From Bacillota bacterium (GTDB lineage: Bacteria; Bacillota; Sulfobacillia; UBA995), in NCBI GenBank assembly GCA_035477115.1, contig DATIKW010000003.1, forward strand, positions 118 through 64,117: 64,000 nucleotides of DNA, given 5' to 3'. Positions 61,257-64,000 of the stretch are shown here, piece by piece (the stretch's first letter is position 1; every line of letters starts with the position of its first letter). The notes beneath the pieces are model-generated. The model worked only from the letters and a program-made list of their open reading frames with translations. It had not been told where the DNA came from and ran no database searches. Position numbers and translations under genes: made by a program.

Positions 61257-62060
61257 TTAGAGCTGGTCGTAGTCGAGTTGGACGCGCTGGACGTTGGCGG
61301 TGTCGACCACCTGGCCGTTCTGGCTGCAGACATCGAGGAGACAGGCGTTGGCCAGGGTATTTATGAGCCTGGGGATGCCGCGAGTGATGGCGTGGATCTG
61401 GGAGATGGCCGCGTCAGTAAAGAAGGTTCGGGTGGCGCCAGCGTGTTTGAGGGAATGTTCGATGTAGGCTTTGCTTTCCGGTTCTTCGAGTCCCAAGAGG
61501 TGATAGCGTACTCCTACCCGTTGCCGTATCGCCTCGAAGGTACGTAGGCGCAAGGTAGCGCGCAGTTCCGCCTGGCCCACGAGGAGCAGGGCGAACGGGG
61601 ACAGCGAATCGAACCGGAAACTCGTCAGGAAGCGCACTTCCGCCATCATGGAGGGAGACAGCAGGTGGGCCTCGTCGATGACGATTACCGGCTGTTTCCC
61701 CTGGTTTTCATAAGCGTCCAGGAAGGCCTGGTCGAACTGGCGGCATGCGTCCCTTTGATGAAAGGCGGGGGCGATGCCGAACTGGGCAAGGGCCTCCCGG
61801 TAGAAACCTCGGGGTTCCAGGTTGGAATCGGCGATGTAAAGGAAGGGATGGCGTACGGGGTCAAGTCTTGCGGCCAGGGCGCGTATGGCCGTGGACTTGC
61901 CCGCTCCTATCTCGCCGGTGATGACGCCGAACGCACGGGACTTCACGATGTAATCGAGCCTGGCGGATAGTTCCTGCAGGCCCTGGCTCAAGTACAGCTC
62001 AGCCGGGGGAAGCGCCCGGTCGAACGGCAGACGGCTAAGGCCGAAGTAGCGCTGGATCAT
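61257..62060 (-). CDS. TniB/ExeA-like AAA ATPase (transposition helper)
   Basis: 267 aa. Walker A GEIGAGKST and Walker B VIVIDEAHLL. 4-nt overlap with the upstream transposase gene. Its size matches the ATP-binding proteins of Tn552/Tn5053-type modules. Confidence 0.8.
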   Translation of the reverse strand: MIQRYFGLSRLPFDRALPPAELYLSQGLQELSARLDYIVKSRAFGVITGEIGAGKSTAIRALAARLDPVRHPFLYIADSNLEPRGFYREALAQFGIAPAFHQRDACRQFDQAFLDAYENQGKQPVIVIDEAHLLSPSMMAEVRFLTSFRFDSLSPFALLLVGQAELRATLRLRTFEAIRQRVGVRYHLLGLEEPESKAYIEHSLKHAGATRTFFTDAAISQIHAITRGIPRLINTLANACLLDVCSQNGQVVDTANVQRVQLDYDQL

Positions 62061-63424
62061 GGGCTTTGCTCCTCCTCAAGGCGAGGGAAGCGCATCTCGC
62101 CTAGTTTTGTACGTCTTTCCTCCTCGTACTGGCGCTTGGCCAGTTCGAGCAGGCTCATGCTCATGGCCGGCGTGGTGACCTGAGGTGGGGACGGACTAAC
62201 TTCTCGGCGCCGCGGTCTTTGTAGGTCCAGCGGCTGGGCATCGGGGTATTGCTCATTTCCAAGCCATACCTGAATGAGGGACAGGTCATAGGGGTCGTAG
62301 CGGACAGTGATGGTCCTGCGCACGAGCGCCGCGCTCACCTCGTAGGTATTGCCATCAAGCGTGAAGCACCCCGTCTTGTCGACCCGCCGCTGCTGGTGCC
62401 AGAGGAAAACCTGGCGCACCCTGAAGGGGTCGAGCCTCCGCAGCGGGGTAGCGTCCGATTCGAATCGGTCTTTGGGAGTTTGCTTCAAGGCCCCGTGGAG
62501 CTTTCGGTGGTACGCTACCTCCAGCCAAGCCCAGAAGTATTCGTTCAGTTGCTCAAGGGTGATGAGCTTGCCAGCGGCGATCAGCGCGTAGGCCTCGGGC
62601 TTGAAACTGCGGTCCACATACTGGAAATACTTTTCCACTTTACCGCGTCCTTGCGGCCTGCCCGGCCGGGAGTGTATGAGCTGGAATCCCAGTTCGCCCG
62701 CGATGCGGTCCAGGTGCTGCCCGGAGTAGATGGCACCGTTATCGCAATAAAGACGGCTGGGGATTCCGTACTTCAGCATGGCTTTTTTCAAAGCGTCCTC
62801 GAGTTTGGGCCGGCGTTCTTCGAAGTAGTACTCGCCGTGCGGCACCAATCTCGAGTAGTCGTCGAGAAAAGCGATTAAGTAGGCCTGGCGTTTGCGGCGT
62901 GGGTCCTCAGGGTCAGGGAGGTAGAGGGTATGGTGGCAGTCCCCCTGCCAGGTATGATTCCGGTGGGGTGATTGAAACCTGCGGTGACTCCTCTGCCGGG
63001 ATGGCATTTTCATCCCCAGCGCGGAAAGCTGTCTCCTGAGCGTGCTCGGCTTCAACCGGCCATGTTCGACCTCCCCCGCGAGTTCGAGCATGGAAATGAT
63101 CTGCGGCACGCTCCGGGACCCAAGCTCCCGCTTCAGACCTATGGCCTTGTCCAGTATGGCTGCCGGCAACGCTCGACAGTTCCCCCGGTCGGACCGCCCG
63201 GCAGGCTTTAGGGCCTCCAGCCCGCCCTGGCGGTAATGCCGTAGCCAACGCTCCAGCGTGCGCCTGTGCACCCTGGTGGCCTGGCCAAATGGCGTACTGT
63301 ATTCCTTGGCCGCCAGTTCCCTCAGAAGGCGAGCCTGCTCCCCCCGCTGCAGGCGCTCTATCACCAGCGGAGCGATGACGCCGTACCGGAAGTTGGCGAT
63401 GAGTTCTGCTTGCTCTTCGGTCAT
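62057..63424 (-). CDS. Mu-type DDE (rve) transposase, TniA/Tn552 p480-like
   Basis: 455 aa. N-terminal ANFRYGVIAPLV HTH-type segment. DDE residues in WQGDCHH, FLDDYSR and GRPQGRGKVEKYF contexts. SD GGGGAGGAAAGG. Confidence 0.85.
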   Translation of the reverse strand: MTEEQAELIANFRYGVIAPLVIERLQRGEQARLLRELAAKEYSTPFGQATRVHRRTLERWLRHYRQGGLEALKPAGRSDRGNCRALPAAILDKAIGLKRELGSRSVPQIISMLELAGEVEHGRLKPSTLRRQLSALGMKMPSRQRSHRRFQSPHRNHTWQGDCHHTLYLPDPEDPRRKRQAYLIAFLDDYSRLVPHGEYYFEERRPKLEDALKKAMLKYGIPSRLYCDNGAIYSGQHLDRIAGELGFQLIHSRPGRPQGRGKVEKYFQYVDRSFKPEAYALIAAGKLITLEQLNEYFWAWLEVAYHRKLHGALKQTPKDRFESDATPLRRLDPFRVRQVFLWHQQRRVDKTGCFTLDGNTYEVSAALVRRTITVRYDPYDLSLIQVWLGNEQYPDAQPLDLQRPRRREVSPSPPQVTTPAMSMSLLELAKRQYEEERRTKLGEMRFPRLEEEQSP

Positions 63425-63653
63425 ATGGCCTTTCCTCCCCTGGGACAGTCTCCCACCCTAAGTCTGCAGCCCAGGGCGCATACGGGAAAGTGACAAGGTT
63501 TGTGGGGGCTTTATGGCAGCCGGACCGGCTACCGGCAGAACCACATGTACCAGCAGATGCGGGCACGCGATGGTCATCGGGCTGCCGGCTGCGGGCGCGG
63601 CTTTACCCTCCCGGCATTGGCTTTTACAGCGCCCACGCCGATGTCGGGGTCGC

Positions 63654-64000
63654 TCACAGACTCAGGTGGGTGGGGTAATGAACGTTGAGGAACACGAAAA
63701 GGGGCATGACGCCAGAGCCGCACACCAGGGTGCGGAGGATTTCTCCCAGCGTGATTACGCTCAGGAGCCACCCGCGCAGGCACTTGGGCTTGGGCAGGTA
63801 CGAAGTCACGTCCAGCCCGGGGGCAAGGTGAAGGACTTGCTCGATTATCGACTCGGCCAGCGCCCGGGCTCTCTGGCGCCAGCTACGCAGCCACCGGCGA
63901 AGAGTGCGGACCGAGACTCCGCCCGCGCTGCTACTCCGGCAGAGGCGGCCGGCAAGGACGTCCACCTTCCCGCCACTTGCGAGCAGTCGCGCCGCTGCCT
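63654..64000 (-). CDS. ORF fragment open to the window end (C-terminal part), with an HTH-like segment; possibly a transposon-related or disrupted gene
   Basis: The minus frame has no stop from 64000 to 63654. It contains GVSVRTLRRWLRSW (HTH-like). No family recognised. The C-terminal tail is hydrophobic and atypical. Confidence 0.3.
   Translation of the reverse strand, partial: AAARLLASGGKVDVLAGRLCRSSSAGGVSVRTLRRWLRSWRQRARALAESIIEQVLHLAPGLDVTSYLPKPKCLRGWLLSVITLGEILRTLVCGSGVMPLFVFLNVHYPTHLSL

Noticed and set aside
1-64000. Search for CRISPR arrays, rRNA genes, additional tRNAs, prophage structural genes and toxin-antitoxin pairs
   Set aside because: The intergenic regions I read contain no regularly spaced direct repeats and no rRNA-like stretches. 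The only cloverleaf I could fold is tRNA-Ala. The usual mazEF-type pair after alr is replaced by metabolic genes.

Overview
This is a high-GC bacterial chromosome segment of about 60 tightly packed genes, many of them translationally coupled. It carries Gram-positive (Bacillota-type) hallmarks: bshC, cdaA-cdaR-glmM followed by a glmS ribozyme and glmS, acpS-nnr-alr, rplU-rpmA-(spo0B-like)-obg, and nadD-yqeK-LCP-rsfS. In order, the window contains: a peptide-type ABC importer operon (minus strand); a solitary beta-class DNA methyltransferase; a DmpA-family peptidase; cobO; a MoxR/DUF58/transglutaminase operon; a four-cluster ferredoxin plus tungsten-type aldehyde:ferredoxin oxidoreductase; and a PAS/sigma-54 activator directly followed by a near-consensus -24/-12 promoter and kamA. 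These are followed by dinB; an XRE-cupin regulator; yhaM followed by a Clp1-type P-loop kinase; a sirtuin; bshC; atoE plus a two-subunit CoA-transferase; and the c-di-AMP/glucosamine cluster. Next come an alr-coupled cluster (PLP enzyme, second DmpA, asparaginase-II-like, DUF4438-like); a SEDS protein; a Lon-like protease; radical-SAM/DUF2344/RNase G; and ribosomal and Obg genes. After tRNA-Ala(GGC) at 56167-56242 the window turns accessory. It holds an IS21-family element, a conspicuously AT-rich DUF262/DUF1524 (GmrSD-type) gene, a Mu/Tn552-like transposase plus ATPase pair, and an ORF fragment that runs off the window. I saw no CRISPR array and no rRNA. All family assignments come from reading motifs in the translations, with no database search. 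Several start codons were re-chosen from Shine-Dalgarno spacing and homolog N-termini.
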